A stretch of 64,000 nt of DNA from Candidatus Omnitrophota bacterium (GTDB lineage Bacteria; Omnitrophota; Gorgyraeia; Gygaellales; Profunditerraquicolaceae), in assembly GCA_025453395.1 (NCBI GenBank), contig JALOQK010000002.1, forward strand, positions 85,625 through 149,624. Direction: 5' to 3'. Position numbers and translations under genes: made by a program. The notes below the pieces were generated by a model. That model did not search any database, was not told the DNA's origin, and saw only the letters and a program-made list of their open reading frames with translations. Positions within the stretch are counted from its first letter, which is position 1; the number at the start of each line of letters is the position of its first letter. Positions 63,518 to 64,000 of this stretch are shown here, piece by piece.

Positions 63518-64000
63518 ATGAATATTTTCGGTATATCCGGTTTATTAGTCTTTATATCCGCCTTTTTAATAGGAGTTATCGCTTTTTCTAAAAGCAAGAG
63601 AACTAATGTCATTCTTGTTTTCAGTTCTTATGCTTTTTCTGTAGCTATTTGGGGGTTAGGTGCATATAAAATATCTACAATTAAGAATCCCGAAGATGCT
63701 TTTTGGTGGTGGAGATTAGTTTATATCATTGTCATCCTTATCCCCGTAGTGCATTATCATTTTATTTATGCTTTTTTAAAACTTCAAAATAAGGTCCACA
63801 AATATTTGTTACGTTTGTCATATATAACAGGCATTATTTTTATTGCTATAAACTTATGTTCTAGACCTCTATTTTTAGGTGGGGTGCGGTATGTTTTTAA
63901 TTCGTTCTATTACGTTGACTGGTTTATTTCTAAAAGTTGGATTTATTTAGCCTTTTATATTGGGTTTTATTGGATTCTTTTGGGGTATGTTTTTTGGCTT
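63518..64000 (+). CDS. polytopic integral membrane protein (3' partial; runs off window)
   Basis: ATG one nt after the preceding stop; the frame stays open to the window end and is dominated by hydrophobic/aromatic TM-like segments. Confidence 0.55.
   Translation, partial: MNIFGISGLLVFISAFLIGVIAFSKSKRTNVILVFSSYAFSVAIWGLGAYKISTIKNPEDAFWWWRLVYIIVILIPVVHYHFIYAFLKLQNKVHKYLLRLSYITGIIFIAINLCSRPLFLGGVRYVFNSFYYVDWFISKSWIYLAFYIGFYWILLGYVFWL

Overview
This 64 kb window is almost entirely + strand and comes from a low-GC bacterium. Contiguous rpoBC, S10-spc-alpha and secDF operons, Z-type S14, absence of L30 and a fused SecDF suggest an uncultivated lineage; this is inference only.

Core content, in order:
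- A DegP-like PDZ protease tail, recX-like, alaS, and a histidine block (hisD, hisB, hisH, hisA, hisF, hisI) with a lipoprotein inserted between hisA and hisF.
- trpE/pabB-family, rpsP, yajC, fused secDF, two small hypotheticals, a short Mfd, a surA-like chaperone, pdxA and rsmA.
- tRNA-Thr, rpmG, tRNA-Trp, secE, nusG, rplKAJL, rpoBC, rpsLG, fusA, tuf, then the complete S10/spc/alpha ribosomal cluster through rplQ.
- A metabolic block: class-I aminotransferase, LeuC/LeuD-type aconitase-family dehydratase subunits, an isocitrate/homoisocitrate-type dehydrogenase, malate dehydrogenase, dihydrolipoyl dehydrogenase and an isolated lipoyl domain.
- A 3' accessory island: Xis-like HTH, acyl carrier protein, SDR/thioester-reductase-like enzyme, an AbiEi/AbiEii abortive-infection pair, nitroreductase, CrtI-like FAD oxidoreductase and a partial membrane protein.

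Structure not explained by genes:
1. A family of AT-rich elements bounded by inverted repeats (shared AAAATTAAAAAT..AAAATTCAAAATT motif) sits in intergenic sites of core operons.
2. Both four-helix-bundle (23S-IVS-protein family) genes and an orphan pilT interrupt the dehydratase cluster.
3. A ~66 bp repeat unit family (TTTTAATTTTACGCTATAGTTTTACGCTTTTCGC...) follows hisH, hisI and rpsP.
4. Heptanucleotide microsatellites occur in spacers and in-frame inside alaS and hisF.
5. A 244 bp element with perfect 17 bp terminal inverted repeats and an internal GC hairpin abuts (and contains the stop codon of) the lipoyl-domain gene at the island boundary.
6. An 82 bp perfect tandem duplication follows the second four-helix-bundle gene.
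7. A compositional break lies inside the nitroreductase gene.
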